A stretch of 64,000 nt of DNA from Candidatus Omnitrophota bacterium (GCA_020429915.1 JAGQKV010000012.1:65737-129736), one strand, 5' to 3'. Shown: positions 28,424-38,617, counted from the stretch's first letter. Numbers and translations are program-made. Notes: generated by a model from the letters alone, not told the origin.

Positions 28424-28690
28424 ATGGCCGTAAAGAGGAAAGCAGTAAAGAAAAAAACCACAGCAACTAAGAGAAAAGCAGCCCCGAAGAAAAAAGCAGC
28501 AAAGAAAAAAGCAACAAAGAAGAAAGCAGTCAAGAAGAAGGCAACAAAGAAGAAGGCAGTCAAAAAGAAAGCAACTAAGAAAAAGGCAGTTAAGAAAAAA
28601 GCAACTAAGAAAAAGGCTGCCAAAAAGAAAGCCACTAAGAAGAAGGCTGCTAAGAAGGCGACTAAGAAGAAAGCCGCCAAGAGAAAGTAA
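28424..28690 (+). CDS. Histone H1-like (Hc1-like) lysine/alanine-rich DNA-binding protein
   Basis: MAVKRKAVKKKTTATKRKAAPKKKAAKKKATKKKAVKKK... (KKKATKKKAV repeats). AGGAGGG lies 6 nt upstream of the ATG. The track start at 28418 is a TTG. Confidence 0.85.
   Translation: MAVKRKAVKKKTTATKRKAAPKKKAAKKKATKKKAVKKKATKKKAVKKKATKKKAVKKKATKKKAAKKKATKKKAAKKATKKKAAKRK
28490..28680 (+). repeat. Roughly 30-bp tandem repeats encoding the KKKATKKKAV units inside the Hc1-like gene
   Basis: Near-identical units of the form AAGAAGGCAACAAAGAAGAAGGCAGTCAAG repeated about 6 times. Confidence 0.8.
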
Positions 28691-28710
28691 GCACTTTTTA
28701 ATCATAAAAA

Positions 28711-28747
28711 AACCCTTCGGAGAAATCCGGAGGGTTTTTTTATGGCC
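28711..28747. terminator. Bidirectional rho-independent terminator between convergent genes
   Basis: AAAAAAACCCTTCGGAGAAATCCGGAGGGTTTTTTT has a 9-bp stem flanked by A-run and T-run. Confidence 0.8.
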
Positions 28748-28757
28748 TGAAACTCGT

Positions 28758-28988
28758 TTACTTTTTCGAAGACGACTTGCGCTTCGGCTTCTTTTTGGTC
28801 AACTGTTTGTATTTCTCCGGCATATTGTACTTCATCCACCCCACCGCGTACAGCCGCAACCATTCCTCCGTGGCCTGCTCGATGCCGATGCTGTAGCCGG
28901 CTTTTTGGCTCTCAATCCATAAATGCTTGTTGATTTCTTCTATAACTCTTTTATCCTGAAGGAGTTCCCTAAAATTGTTCTGATCCAT
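28758..28988 (-). CDS. Small conserved hypothetical protein with a Lys-rich tail
   Basis: 76-aa ORF: MDQNNFRELLQDKRVIEEINKHLWIESQKAGYSIGIEQATEEWLRLYAVGW..KKKPKRKSSSKK. Confidence 0.55.
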   Translation of the reverse strand: MDQNNFRELLQDKRVIEEINKHLWIESQKAGYSIGIEQATEEWLRLYAVGWMKYNMPEKYKQLTKKKPKRKSSSKK

Positions 28989-29044
28989 CCTTATTCTCCC
29001 GTCCTACTTACCGGCCTCGCGGGGACGACCGGTACGCTCTGGAT

Positions 29045-29584
29045 TCACTTGGTACCCACAGTACATTCACTTTGGACGCAACGGCATGCCCGGCACTGAA
29101 AGTCCGACACCCCTTCCACCTGCGCCGAAATAAAATTGAAACATTGCCTCCCCTGGTTCGTCGGCCGGCCGCAGATGCAATCCGAATCGTCCATACAGTA
29201 GCGCGTGCCCCGGAAATAGTCGGCCTCCGGAAATTTGGACAACACCCGGCCGGTCAAAGCGTCAATCAAAATCGTTAGTCCCAGGCGACCGTCCTGCTCG
29301 ATACCGCAAATCTCTCCCACGGTGAACTGGACGACCCACGCGTTTTCGATACAGGTCACCCAGTCGCTTTCGCAGGGCTTGACCACTTCTTTTTCGATAC
29401 AGTTCTTCAGTCGCCCGTCATACATGGTGTACAACAACTCCGCCTCCTCCGTGCTTTCTGCGACAACCAGCGCTTCCTTGCGGGTCAGTCTCGTTTCCGC
29501 GGTCTGGGCAGCTACCGGAACGGCGGCTATTACCAATGCCATGGCCAATATGTATGATATCAAATTATGCCAGCGCGCTTTCAT
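29045..29584 (-). CDS. Secreted cysteine-rich hypothetical protein
   Basis: Signal peptide LAMALVIAAVPVAAQTA. About 14 Cys residues in 150 aa. Confidence 0.55.
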   Translation of the reverse strand: MKARWHNLISYILAMALVIAAVPVAAQTAETRLTRKEALVVAESTEEAELLYTMYDGRLKNCIEKEVVKPCESDWVTCIENAWVVQFTVGEICGIEQDGRLGLTILIDALTGRVLSKFPEADYFRGTRYCMDDSDCICGRPTNQGRQCFNFISAQVEGVSDFQCRACRCVQSECTVGTK

Positions 29585-31676
29585 TTGCCGAGTCCTTAAT
29601 AAAGAGTACGGATGATTGAATGTTGCGGTGAATATCCTGGACCGATTCCAGGTTGAGTTTGGCCTGCATGCCGAAAATGTTAAGGTCGGCCACCGGACAT
29701 TCCTGGATGACCATCTGAAAATCGCCTACGAGAACCTCGACCATGACATCGGAGGACAGGCGCATCAGTTTCTTGATTTTCTCCAGATAGGTGCGGGCGC
29801 CCTCAGCCTCCCCGGGATCCGCCACTACCTGGATCAACCTGACCGAGGCCTCCCAGTTCTGTTCCAGCTGCAGAGTCACCAGAACGGCCAGATTAATATT
29901 CGGGCTCTCCCGCCGGACCCACAAATTGATCATCGACTTTTGCTGGAAGCCGAGTTTGCGGTTGATGCCCAGGAGAATAATCCCCATACCCTCATGCGAG
30001 GCCTTCTCGACAACGGCATAAGTATACACATCATTGGTCGACGGTTCATCCAATATCTGCAAAAATGTGTTGGGTGGAAAGAAAAAACCCCTTACGGTCT
30101 GCAAGGCCGCGAAAGACGCCTGCTTGGGAGATCCGGTCTGAACGATGGCCGCTTCCGTAAAGATACCTTCCTGACGCAGCGGTGCCAACTCCTCGCGGAT
30201 TCCTTGCCGGGACACCTCCTTATTATCCTCTTCGTCAATGACATTGATGATGCTTAACCGACCCTCCGGATAAACAATACTGCGCACGAGCGGTAAAGCG
30301 CGCTCAAACTGCTCCTGGTGATACAACACCATCAGGATATTCGGTTTCCAGATCTTCGGATAATACGGCAGTTTGCTGGCCGCTTGGGCAAACTTCTCCG
30401 CCAGGTACACCAAGGCCCCGCTGCGTACATCCGGCGAGTAGACCTGGGAATGGCGCTTGATCAATACATAGTAAATCACCCCGATGGTCGCCATGGCCAG
30501 CACGCTGAAGCGGGCGTCCACCACGAGCATGACCAGCAGACAGCCGATGCTTCCCAACAATGAAACCGAACGGGGGATACGAAAAGACGGACGAAAACTG
30601 ACAATCCCGATGGATTGCTCGATAAAAACCGTCAGGTTGATCATCCCGTAAGTAATTAGAAAGAACATGGTCAGAAGACCAGCGATCTGATTCAGAGATC
30701 CCAACAGGATGGTCAGCAGCGCAATGGCAAACGTGACCAGGATCGCCCGCGTCGGTTCTCCCCCCGGCCGGATCTTTTCCAGCATTTCGGAAAATGGCAG
30801 CATCCGATGCTGGCTTAACGCTACCAGGACCCGCGGCGCGCCCACCGCGGTGCTCATCGCCGAAGACAGGGTCGCTCCCATGATCCCGGCCAGGACCAGC
30901 TTGGGCCAGGCGCCCATGCCGATCGCCACATACGGATCGGAACGCAACATGATCGCGGGCACGCGCGCGGCGAAGCATACCGCCAGGGCCACATAAACCA
31001 AGAAACTGACCAGGATCGCGGCCAGCGTCCCCCGCGGGATGGCCTGGGCCGGCTCCTTCAACTCACCCGACATCGATGCACCGGCCATAATCCCGGTGAC
31101 GGCCGGAAAGAAAACCGCGAAGGCCGGCCAAAATCCGACCCGCTCGCCGGTCACGGGGATATCCGAATAGGTATATCCGCTGTTGTTGAAAAAGATCGTG
31201 ACCAGCGACGCGAAAATGACGGCCATAATCCCGTACTGAATACGAAACGCCAGTTTAGTGCTGAAGTAAGTCACACCCAGCACCGCCCCCCAGACGATTA
31301 AAGAAACGGCCAAACCGGAATGACCCGGAAACAGATAGTGCCACGCCTCGGTAAAACCGGTGATATAAAACGCCACCGAGATCGCCTGCGACATATACAA
31401 CGGAATGCCGATAGCGCCGCCGGCCTCAATGCCAAGGGATTTGGTAATGATCGAATAAGCGCCGCCGGGCCCGATGCGAATATTGGTGACCATGCTCGAC
31501 ATGCACAGTGCTGTGGCCAAGGTGATCAGATTGGCCAGTATAATGATAATGATCGAGGCGCTCAACCCCACCTGACCGACCACCCACCCCAAGCGCAGAT
31601 ACATGATCACACCGAGGATGCTCAACAGGCACGGGGTAAAGACTCCTTCGAATGTCGAGAAACGCCGAACACTCAT
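29565..31676 (-). CDS. APC-superfamily transporter of the cation-chloride cotransporter / amino-acid permease type, with a C-terminal cytoplasmic domain
   Basis: About 12 TM helices with an SLC12/AAP-like N-terminus (FEGVFTPCLLSILGVIMYLRLGWVVGQ) and a roughly 280-aa soluble tail. Confidence 0.7.
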   Translation of the reverse strand: MSVRRFSTFEGVFTPCLLSILGVIMYLRLGWVVGQVGLSASIIIIILANLITLATALCMSSMVTNIRIGPGGAYSIITKSLGIEAGGAIGIPLYMSQAISVAFYITGFTEAWHYLFPGHSGLAVSLIVWGAVLGVTYFSTKLAFRIQYGIMAVIFASLVTIFFNNSGYTYSDIPVTGERVGFWPAFAVFFPAVTGIMAGASMSGELKEPAQAIPRGTLAAILVSFLVYVALAVCFAARVPAIMLRSDPYVAIGMGAWPKLVLAGIMGATLSSAMSTAVGAPRVLVALSQHRMLPFSEMLEKIRPGGEPTRAILVTFAIALLTILLGSLNQIAGLLTMFFLITYGMINLTVFIEQSIGIVSFRPSFRIPRSVSLLGSIGCLLVMLVVDARFSVLAMATIGVIYYVLIKRHSQVYSPDVRSGALVYLAEKFAQAASKLPYYPKIWKPNILMVLYHQEQFERALPLVRSIVYPEGRLSIINVIDEEDNKEVSRQGIREELAPLRQEGIFTEAAIVQTGSPKQASFAALQTVRGFFFPPNTFLQILDEPSTNDVYTYAVVEKASHEGMGIILLGINRKLGFQQKSMINLWVRRESPNINLAVLVTLQLEQNWEASVRLIQVVADPGEAEGARTYLEKIKKLMRLSSDVMVEVLVGDFQMVIQECPVADLNIFGMQAKLNLESVQDIHRNIQSSVLFIKDSANESALA

Positions 31677-31677
31677 G

Positions 31678-32397
31678 TCATCGTTCCCAAGCGAGTTTAT
31701 TCCGGTAGGTGATGCGTGATGCGATCACGCCGGCTTCATACAGTACGACCAGCGGGACAGACATTATCAACAAGGTGATGACATCGGGTGGTGTGATGAC
31801 CGCACTGACGATGAGGATCAGCACGATGGCGTGTCTCCGCTTCTGGACCAGAAACTCCGGCGTGGCAATGCCGATGGCCGTCAGGAAAATCAATACGATG
31901 GGTAATTCAAAAATGAGACCGCACGCCAGCACCAGTGATGTCAGGAAACTGACGTAACTCTTCACCGTGATCATCGGCACCAGCCATTCACTGGAAAAAC
32001 CCAGGAGAAACTTCAGTGAGATAGGCAGGGCGACGTAGTACGCAAAGGCCACTCCCAACGCGAAACACAGCAGAGACAAAGGGCCGTAGATCCGCACGAA
32101 TTTCTTTTCATTATCCTTTAAACCCCGCGCGACAAACATCCAGATTTGATAAAGAACAACCGGCATCGCCGTCAGCAGCCCGCCCAGGATCGCCAGCAAC
32201 ACGCGAGCTACGAACGCATCAGCCGGCGAGGTGAATACCAGGCGTCCGACGGGTTTGATAACGAAAGCCAGAACCGAATCGACAAATTGATAAAAAGCGA
32301 TGCCCGCCATCAGGACGAATCCCAGACAGATGAACAGCCGGGACCGTAGCTCTTCGACATGGTCCCAGACTGGGGCCAAATCAGGCTGCTGAGTCAT
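31678..32397 (-). CDS. tatC: Twin-arginine translocase subunit TatC
   Basis: HVEELRSRL N-terminal motif and 6 TM helices. Confidence 0.9.
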   Translation of the reverse strand: MTQQPDLAPVWDHVEELRSRLFICLGFVLMAGIAFYQFVDSVLAFVIKPVGRLVFTSPADAFVARVLLAILGGLLTAMPVVLYQIWMFVARGLKDNEKKFVRIYGPLSLLCFALGVAFAYYVALPISLKFLLGFSSEWLVPMITVKSYVSFLTSLVLACGLIFELPIVLIFLTAIGIATPEFLVQKRRHAIVLILIVSAVITPPDVITLLIMSVPLVVLYEAGVIASRITYRNKLAWER

Positions 32398-32569
32398 CTT
32401 TCGACTGTGTGGTCTTGGTTACATCTTCTTCGAGTTCACGGCCGGCCTTTCTGAATTCCTTTATCGCCTTTCCGATCGAGTGGCCGATTTCAGGCAATTT
32501 CTTTACGCCGAACAAGAGGATAATCACCAGGACGATAAAAATTATTTCCGCCGCTCCGATTCTTCCCAT
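32381..32569 (-). CDS. tatA: Twin-arginine translocase subunit TatA/E
   Basis: MGRIGAAEIIFIVLVIILLFGVKKLPEIGHSIGKAIKEF canonical TatA sequence. Confidence 0.9.
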   Translation of the reverse strand: MGRIGAAEIIFIVLVIILLFGVKKLPEIGHSIGKAIKEFRKAGRELEEDVTKTTQSKDDSAA

Positions 32570-32665
32570 ATGCTCTCCTCCTTTACCCCAGTGCGGGTGA
32601 CCGCGTTTCTCCGGTCTATTGTAAATGATGCGGGGCGATCTGGACAGGAATAATCCCGCTTTCCC

Positions 32666-33073
32666 TTACCGCGTCCGCTCGAAATATATCAATTTCGGAT
32701 TGTTAAGGACCTGATCCGCGGTTTTTACGTTCAGAATCTGGATCAAAAACCGATACTTGCGGTTAACCCGCAACGGCGACGTGTCGTCGGCAAAGACGAT
32801 CATCTCCTTGTCCGTCAGGACGTATTCAGCAAAGCGCGAACGCCGTTCGGCGATCACGACGTGGTCCGGCATACATGGTTTGCACTGCGTCCCTTCCGGA
32901 CACTCGGGACATTCGTATACCTTGACCACATATCCCGACACTTCGTAAGTGCCGAAGGCCGGATTCAGGGCGTTGAGTTCGCTGATGCTGTAGACCGGCG
33001 GCTCCGGCCGCTCCTGGGCAAAACCCGCGGCGCAAAGCGTCACGACAAACAACAACGTCAACAATCCCTTCAT
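32666..33073 (-). CDS. Secreted hypothetical protein
   Basis: MKGLLTLLFVVTLCAAGFAQ signal peptide. CPECPEGTQCKPC cysteine cluster. Confidence 0.55.
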   Translation of the reverse strand: MKGLLTLLFVVTLCAAGFAQERPEPPVYSISELNALNPAFGTYEVSGYVVKVYECPECPEGTQCKPCMPDHVVIAERRSRFAEYVLTDKEMIVFADDTSPLRVNRKYRFLIQILNVKTADQVLNNPKLIYFERTR

Positions 33074-33156
33074 AGTCCCCTCTCCTCCACAACGGCAGGC
33101 GATTCATAACAGTAAACAAACAGACAGGGGCAGATGACGTCCGGGCCGGATCGGGA

Positions 33157-34428
33157 CTACTTCTTACCGAGCAAGGCGAACATCTTTTTCTTATACGCCT
33201 CCACACCCGGTTGATTAAACGGGTTCACTCCCAGCAGATAGCCCGACACCGCGACGGCGCGTTCAAAGAAATAAAACAGCTGGCCCAGATGATAGGCATC
33301 GCCCTTACAAAGCTTGATCGTCATATTCGGCACATCTCCCTCAAAGTGCGCCGAGGCCGTGGCAATATGCGCCTGTGTATTAACATAATCCAAATCCTTG
33401 CCGGCAACGATGTTGAATCCGTCCAGATCTTCTTCACTGTCAGGAACAGCCAGCGTATGGTCAGGTGTTTCGATATCAATAAAGGTCTCGAACATATTGC
33501 GCAAACCTTCTTGCATAAGCTGACCCATCGAATGCAAATCGGTAGAAAGGCTCAGCGATGAAGGAAAGATTCCTTTGCCCTCCTTCGCCTCACTCTCACC
33601 GTACAGCTGTTTCCACCACTCCAGCACATAGAACACATTATCGTAAAACGAAGCGGCCACTTCGATGACCTTGCCCTTGCGGTACAACAGGTACCGTGTC
33701 GCCGCGTACTGATAGGCAATATTCTTATCGAGGTCAAAGTGCGAGTAGAGTCGTTGCCCTTCCCGCGCGCCGGAGACCAGTGATTTGATATCGATGCCCG
33801 CCAGGGCCAGCGGGACCAGCCCCACCGGCGTCAGAATCGAAAAACGTCCGCCGATATCATCGGGAATGACGTAACTGCGGTAGCCGTTGTCATCGGCGAT
33901 CGTTCGCAAAGCCCCGCGCTTGGCATCGGTGACGCAAATAATGCGTTTCTTCAACTCATCACCGCTGTATTTCGTCTGCAGAAAATCCTTAATAATACGG
34001 AAAGCCAGCGCCGGCTCCGTCGTGGTCCCGGATTTGGAGATCACCACCACCGTGGGATTGCGGTCCTTAAGCTGTTCCAGCAATCGGTAATGATAGTCGG
34101 CGCTGATATTCAGACCCGCGTAAAAAATCGGGATTTTCCCGCCGCGAACAAACTCTTCGGCGGCCCGGATGCCTAGGTAGGACCCCCCGATCCCGATGCT
34201 CACGATGCAATCGGAGTGCCCGCGCACCTCTTCGCCCAGGGCGACCAACTCATCGAGCTGTGCATCAGGGATGCGGCCGGGCAGGTCTGTCCAGCCGGTA
34301 AATTCGTGGCCGGCGCCGCGGCGGTGTTCCAAATCTTCGTGGACCTTCTGAATATTATCGGCGATCGCCTCGATGTCGGATTGTTCGGCAAATCCTTTGA
34401 GATGACCGCGGTCAAGACTTATGCTCAT
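33157..34428 (-). CDS. pgi: Glucose-6-phosphate isomerase
   Basis: PGI family (IGIGGSYLG, SKSGTTTE). True start is MSISLDRGHLKGF with GGAAGG RBS. The track ORF is extended upstream to 34620. Confidence 0.9.
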   Translation of the reverse strand: MSISLDRGHLKGFAEQSDIEAIADNIQKVHEDLEHRRGAGHEFTGWTDLPGRIPDAQLDELVALGEEVRGHSDCIVSIGIGGSYLGIRAAEEFVRGGKIPIFYAGLNISADYHYRLLEQLKDRNPTVVVISKSGTTTEPALAFRIIKDFLQTKYSGDELKKRIICVTDAKRGALRTIADDNGYRSYVIPDDIGGRFSILTPVGLVPLALAGIDIKSLVSGAREGQRLYSHFDLDKNIAYQYAATRYLLYRKGKVIEVAASFYDNVFYVLEWWKQLYGESEAKEGKGIFPSSLSLSTDLHSMGQLMQEGLRNMFETFIDIETPDHTLAVPDSEEDLDGFNIVAGKDLDYVNTQAHIATASAHFEGDVPNMTIKLCKGDAYHLGQLFYFFERAVAVSGYLLGVNPFNQPGVEAYKKKMFALLGKK

Positions 34429-34447
34429 GGCCTTCCTTTCTTTTAGT

Positions 34448-35401
34448 CTATCGCTTTTCTTCGAAATACTGGTACCACTTGCGGGTGGGCGTGTAAATCT
34501 GCTCCGGATCAAACGGACGCCGCCGCGGAGATTCAAGACACTCGGGGCTGCAGCACCCTTCGTATTGATGCGCCCCTTCCTCGCTGCATATGAACAACTT
34601 GTTGCAATCCGGATTGGCACAGTTCAAATAGGTATCGCACGGGACCCCGGTGATTTCACACGTCGTCAGCGGCTGCTCCTGACCCTGCTGGATCGGGACC
34701 GTCAGGCGGTCGTCAAAGACGAAACACTTGCCTTTATAGTGCGCGTCACCGACGGTCTTCGCATAATTGATAATCCCGCCGTGCAGCTGATTTACATCCC
34801 TGAATCCCTTCTTTTTCATCAACACGGAGAACTTCTCGCAGCGGATACCTCCGGTGCAATACATCAACACCTTCTTCGACTTGTCTAGTCCGGCGCGATC
34901 CAGCCATTGCGGAAAATCATAGAAGTTCCGTTCGTCGGGACAGATCGCCCCTTCGAAGTGACCGACTTTGGACTCATAGTCGTTGCGGACATCAATCAGG
35001 ATCACTTCTTCATCCGAGTCCAGTACCGCCTTCCATTCCTCCGGTGAGAGATGACGCCCCCCTTCGCGCACATCCAGCCGTTCGGGGGTCTTGAGCGTCA
35101 CGATTTCTTCACGAACCTTGACGATCAGTTTGACAAACGGCACATGGTCCAATTCGTCAACCTTGAACTCGGTCGCAGCGAAGCCGGGCAGCGCGCGCAC
35201 CGCCTGCATATACGTCTCGATCTGCCCGGATAAACCGGCCAAAGTCCCGTTGATGCCTTCGGCCGCCACGTAGACCCGGCCGTAGACATTCAGTTGCTGG
35301 CACAACTTCTTGTGGGCCAGACAGAATTCCTCCGGATCGGCCACCGGCGCAAATTGGTAGTAAAGAATCAATCTGTAAGGATACGCGGATACTTCGGACA
35401 T
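34448..35401 (-). CDS. trhO: tRNA uridine(34) hydroxylase TrhO (rhodanese-like, YceA family)
   Basis: YYQFAPVADPEE...NVYGRVYVAAEGINGT and the rhodanese CTGGIRCEK. The start could instead be the upstream 35458. Confidence 0.85.
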   Translation of the reverse strand: MSEVSAYPYRLILYYQFAPVADPEEFCLAHKKLCQQLNVYGRVYVAAEGINGTLAGLSGQIETYMQAVRALPGFAATEFKVDELDHVPFVKLIVKVREEIVTLKTPERLDVREGGRHLSPEEWKAVLDSDEEVILIDVRNDYESKVGHFEGAICPDERNFYDFPQWLDRAGLDKSKKVLMYCTGGIRCEKFSVLMKKKGFRDVNQLHGGIINYAKTVGDAHYKGKCFVFDDRLTVPIQQGQEQPLTTCEITGVPCDTYLNCANPDCNKLFICSEEGAHQYEGCCSPECLESPRRRPFDPEQIYTPTRKWYQYFEEKR

Positions 35402-35418
35402 GATTGCTCCCTCGGCCC

Positions 35419-36564
35419 TTAACGGCCGGCTAAATGTTCGATGTCCCCGGCGGCACATCCGATCGGCCCCTCGATGATCGCACCGCCAAGCACAACATCA
35501 TTCCGGTAAAAGACGACCGACTGCCCGGGCGTCACCGATTGCTGCGGTTCGTCGAAGTCGACGCGGATGCGGTCGGCCTCCAGACAGGTCAGGCGCGCGG
35601 GAATTTCCGGGGCATTGTAACGGATACGCGCACTCACCGCCACGGTCTCCCGGGGGACGTCCATGCTGACCGGATTAAAGTTTTCGGCAAACAGGCCCTT
35701 GGCATACAAATGTTCCCGCGGGCCGACATGCACCGTGTTGGATTCCTTGTCGATCCTATACACATAGACCGGTTCACCCAGCGCGATCCCGAGTTTATCG
35801 CGCTGTCCGATGGTGTAATTGATGATTCCTTTGTGACGGCCGACGACCTTGCCGTCGGCGCCGACAAAATCCCCGGGAACAAACACGCCGTCACCCAACC
35901 GTTGCCGGATAAACTCCTTGTATCCCGCATCCGGAACAAAACAGATATCCTGGCTCTCCGGCTTGTCGGCCGTGTTCAGCGCATACCGCTCCGCCAATTG
36001 ACGCACTTCGGCCTTGGTCAGATCCCCCAACGGGAACAGGACTCGCGACAACGTTTCCTTTTTCATGCTGTACAGAAAGTAAGACTGACACTTCCGCTGG
36101 TCTTCGGCCTTTTTCATCTCATAGCAGTCACGCGCCCGGTTGTAGTGGATCTTGGCATAATGTCCCGTCGCCAGGCAGTCCGCGCCGAGGCTCATGACTT
36201 TCCGGTATAGTGTGCCGAATTTCAGGAATTGGTTGCAGCGCACACACGGATTCGGGGTCCGGCCGTTGATGTACTCGTCGGTAAAATTGTCGATGATGTG
36301 CTCATTGATATCCTTGGCAAAATCCAGGACATAATGCGGGATATCGAGAATCTGCGCGGCACGTTTGGCATCCTGGATGCCGTCGACCCCGCAGCAGGAA
36401 GGCTTCTTGCTGTCCGGATGCGTAATGCTGAAGCACATCGTCACGCCGACGACATCATAGCCCTGCTCCTTCATCAGCGCGGCCACCACAGACGAATCCA
36501 CCCCGCCGCTCATCGCCACGAAGACCTTCTTGTCCTTGTTGACTTCTCTATTAATATTCACCAT
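35419..36564 (-). CDS. mnmA: tRNA-specific 2-thiouridylase MnmA
   Basis: VFVAMSGGVDSSVVAALM PP-loop and MnmA C-terminal domains. Confidence 0.95.
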   Translation of the reverse strand: MVNINREVNKDKKVFVAMSGGVDSSVVAALMKEQGYDVVGVTMCFSITHPDSKKPSCCGVDGIQDAKRAAQILDIPHYVLDFAKDINEHIIDNFTDEYINGRTPNPCVRCNQFLKFGTLYRKVMSLGADCLATGHYAKIHYNRARDCYEMKKAEDQRKCQSYFLYSMKKETLSRVLFPLGDLTKAEVRQLAERYALNTADKPESQDICFVPDAGYKEFIRQRLGDGVFVPGDFVGADGKVVGRHKGIINYTIGQRDKLGIALGEPVYVYRIDKESNTVHVGPREHLYAKGLFAENFNPVSMDVPRETVAVSARIRYNAPEIPARLTCLEADRIRVDFDEPQQSVTPGQSVVFYRNDVVLGGAIIEGPIGCAAGDIEHLAGR

Positions 36565-38617
36565 ATTCGTTTTCTGTCACTTCATCAATCGCCTGATAAG
36601 CCGCTGTTAACAGCCGGTCGATCTCCGCCCGGCTCACGGAAAGCGGCGGCATCAGGACGATCACATTGCCCAACGGACGCAGGATCACACCGTGCCGGCG
36701 CGCGGCGCGGCAGACCCTTACTCCGACTTGCCGCTCCCACGGAATGGACTTTTTTGTCTGCCGGTCGGCCACCAGCTCAATGCCGACCATGAACCCCTTC
36801 TGTCTGACGTCGCCTACAGAACGTAGATTATAAAACACCCGCAAGCCCTTGCTCAAGTGTTTTATTTTGGCCCCCAGCCGCTGCAAAACCCTTTCTTTTT
36901 CAAAGACTTCGAGATTCGCCAGCGCGGCGGCGCAACACAGTGGATTGCCGGTATAAGTATGCCCGTGAAAGAGCGTCTTCTGGTCCCGGTAGTCGGCCAC
37001 AAAACCGTCGTAAATCTTTTGACTGACTATAGTTGCGGCTAAAGGCAGATAGCCTCCCGTAATCCCCTTGGCCAGGCACATGATGTCCGGGACCACCCCT
37101 TCATGCTGACAGGCAAACATCCGGCCGGTCCGCCCAAAACCGGTTGCCACTTCGTCGGTTATGAGAATAACCCCGTATTCGTCACAGAGCTCCCGAAACC
37201 GGCGGAGTATTCCCTCCGGCCACACGATCATCCCGGCCGCCCCCTGGACCAACGGCTCCACGATCAGCGCGGCCGTACGGTCGTGGAACTTCTTGAGATG
37301 CTGTTCGAACCTGTCCACACATTCAAACGCGTAGGCGGGATATTCCTTGCCGGCCGGGGCCCGGTAACAATCGGGAAAGTCCAGCCGGACCGTTTTAAAG
37401 ATCAGTTTGCGGTAAACCCGGTGAAACAAATCGATGCCGCCGACGCTGACGCTGCCGAGGGTATCGCCGTGATAGGAATTTGCCAGATGCACCAGATCGG
37501 TCTTGCGGGGGCATCCCGTATTCTGCCAATACTGATAGGCCATCTTGAGGGCCACTTCCACGGCGGTCGAACCGTTGTCCGAGTAAAACACCTTATCCAG
37601 ACCGGGCGGGGTGATCTCAACCAGTTTGCGGGCGAGTTGCACGGCGGGCGCATTGGTGAGACCCAAAAGTGTGGAATGCGCCACACGATCGATCTGTTCC
37701 TTGAGCGCGCGATCGATTACAGGTTGGCGGTGACCGTGCACGGTAACCCACAGGCTGGAGATCCCGTCCAAATAGCGGTTGCCGTCGGTGTCGATCAGCT
37801 CGTTGCCGTCTGCCCGGTCGATGACCAAAGGCTCGTCGGCGACCCAATCGCGCATCTGGGTAAACGGATGCCAGATATGCGCCTTATCCAGGCGTTGCAG
37901 ACGGGCCGTCCGGGAAACCCGGCGCGGCCGGCACAGCTTCTTCAGATGGAGATGCTCCCGGCACGCCGCCGTCATCTTCCCGGGATCCTGCGACGCCAGG
38001 TACGGTATGCTGCCCAAGATAGGGACATCGCCGAACTTCCCGATGGCCGCCGGATTGGTCTCGTGGGCAATGGTCGGCTGTTCCCGACACGGCTGATTGA
38101 AAACCACACCGGCAATCTCCAATCCGTATTGATGTGCGCACTGTATGGTCATCAGGGTGTGATTGATCGTCCCCAGACCCGGCAACGCCACGATGACAAT
38201 CCGCGCGTTTAGCTCCCGCGCCAGATCGGCCATCAAATAGTCTTTCGCCAGCGGAACCAACAGCCCCCCCGCCCCCTCGATCAATACGGCTTCATGCCGT
38301 CCTCTGATCTTCTCAAACGCGGCGTTGATTGTCTGCGGCCGGATGATCCGCTTCTGACGTTTGAACGCAATATGCGGCGACAAGGGTTCGGGCGCAAAAT
38401 AGGGATTGATCTCATCCAGCGAATCCGCCACAGCGAGCCCCGACTTCAGACGGGCCGCGTCATCCCCGGCGCATTGCACCGGTTTGAACACGCCGACATC
38501 GACCCCTTGTTCCTGCAGGAGACGCCCCAGGCACAACGTGGCCACGGTCTTGCCGACATCGGTCCCCGTCCCGGTGATAAAAAGATCGCCGATCTGCCGG
38601 CCGAAATCAACCTTCAC
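36551..38617 (-). CDS. bioDA: Bifunctional dethiobiotin synthetase / adenosylmethionine-8-amino-7-oxononanoate aminotransferase (BioD-BioA fusion)
   Basis: N-terminal BioD P-loop FITGTGTDVGKT. C-terminal class-III aminotransferase with ...LAKGITGGYLPL. The probable GTG start at 38617 overlaps the bioC stop (GTGA). The track ORF is extended upstream to 38716. Confidence 0.85.
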   Translation of the reverse strand: MKVDFGRQIGDLFITGTGTDVGKTVATLCLGRLLQEQGVDVGVFKPVQCAGDDAARLKSGLAVADSLDEINPYFAPEPLSPHIAFKRQKRIIRPQTINAAFEKIRGRHEAVLIEGAGGLLVPLAKDYLMADLARELNARIVIVALPGLGTINHTLMTIQCAHQYGLEIAGVVFNQPCREQPTIAHETNPAAIGKFGDVPILGSIPYLASQDPGKMTAACREHLHLKKLCRPRRVSRTARLQRLDKAHIWHPFTQMRDWVADEPLVIDRADGNELIDTDGNRYLDGISSLWVTVHGHRQPVIDRALKEQIDRVAHSTLLGLTNAPAVQLARKLVEITPPGLDKVFYSDNGSTAVEVALKMAYQYWQNTGCPRKTDLVHLANSYHGDTLGSVSVGGIDLFHRVYRKLIFKTVRLDFPDCYRAPAGKEYPAYAFECVDRFEQHLKKFHDRTAALIVEPLVQGAAGMIVWPEGILRRFRELCDEYGVILITDEVATGFGRTGRMFACQHEGVVPDIMCLAKGITGGYLPLAATIVSQKIYDGFVADYRDQKTLFHGHTYTGNPLCCAAALANLEVFEKERVLQRLGAKIKHLSKGLRVFYNLRSVGDVRQKGFMVGIELVADRQTKKSIPWERQVGVRVCRAARRHGVILRPLGNVIVLMPPLSVSRAEIDRLLTAAYQAIDEVTENEYGEY

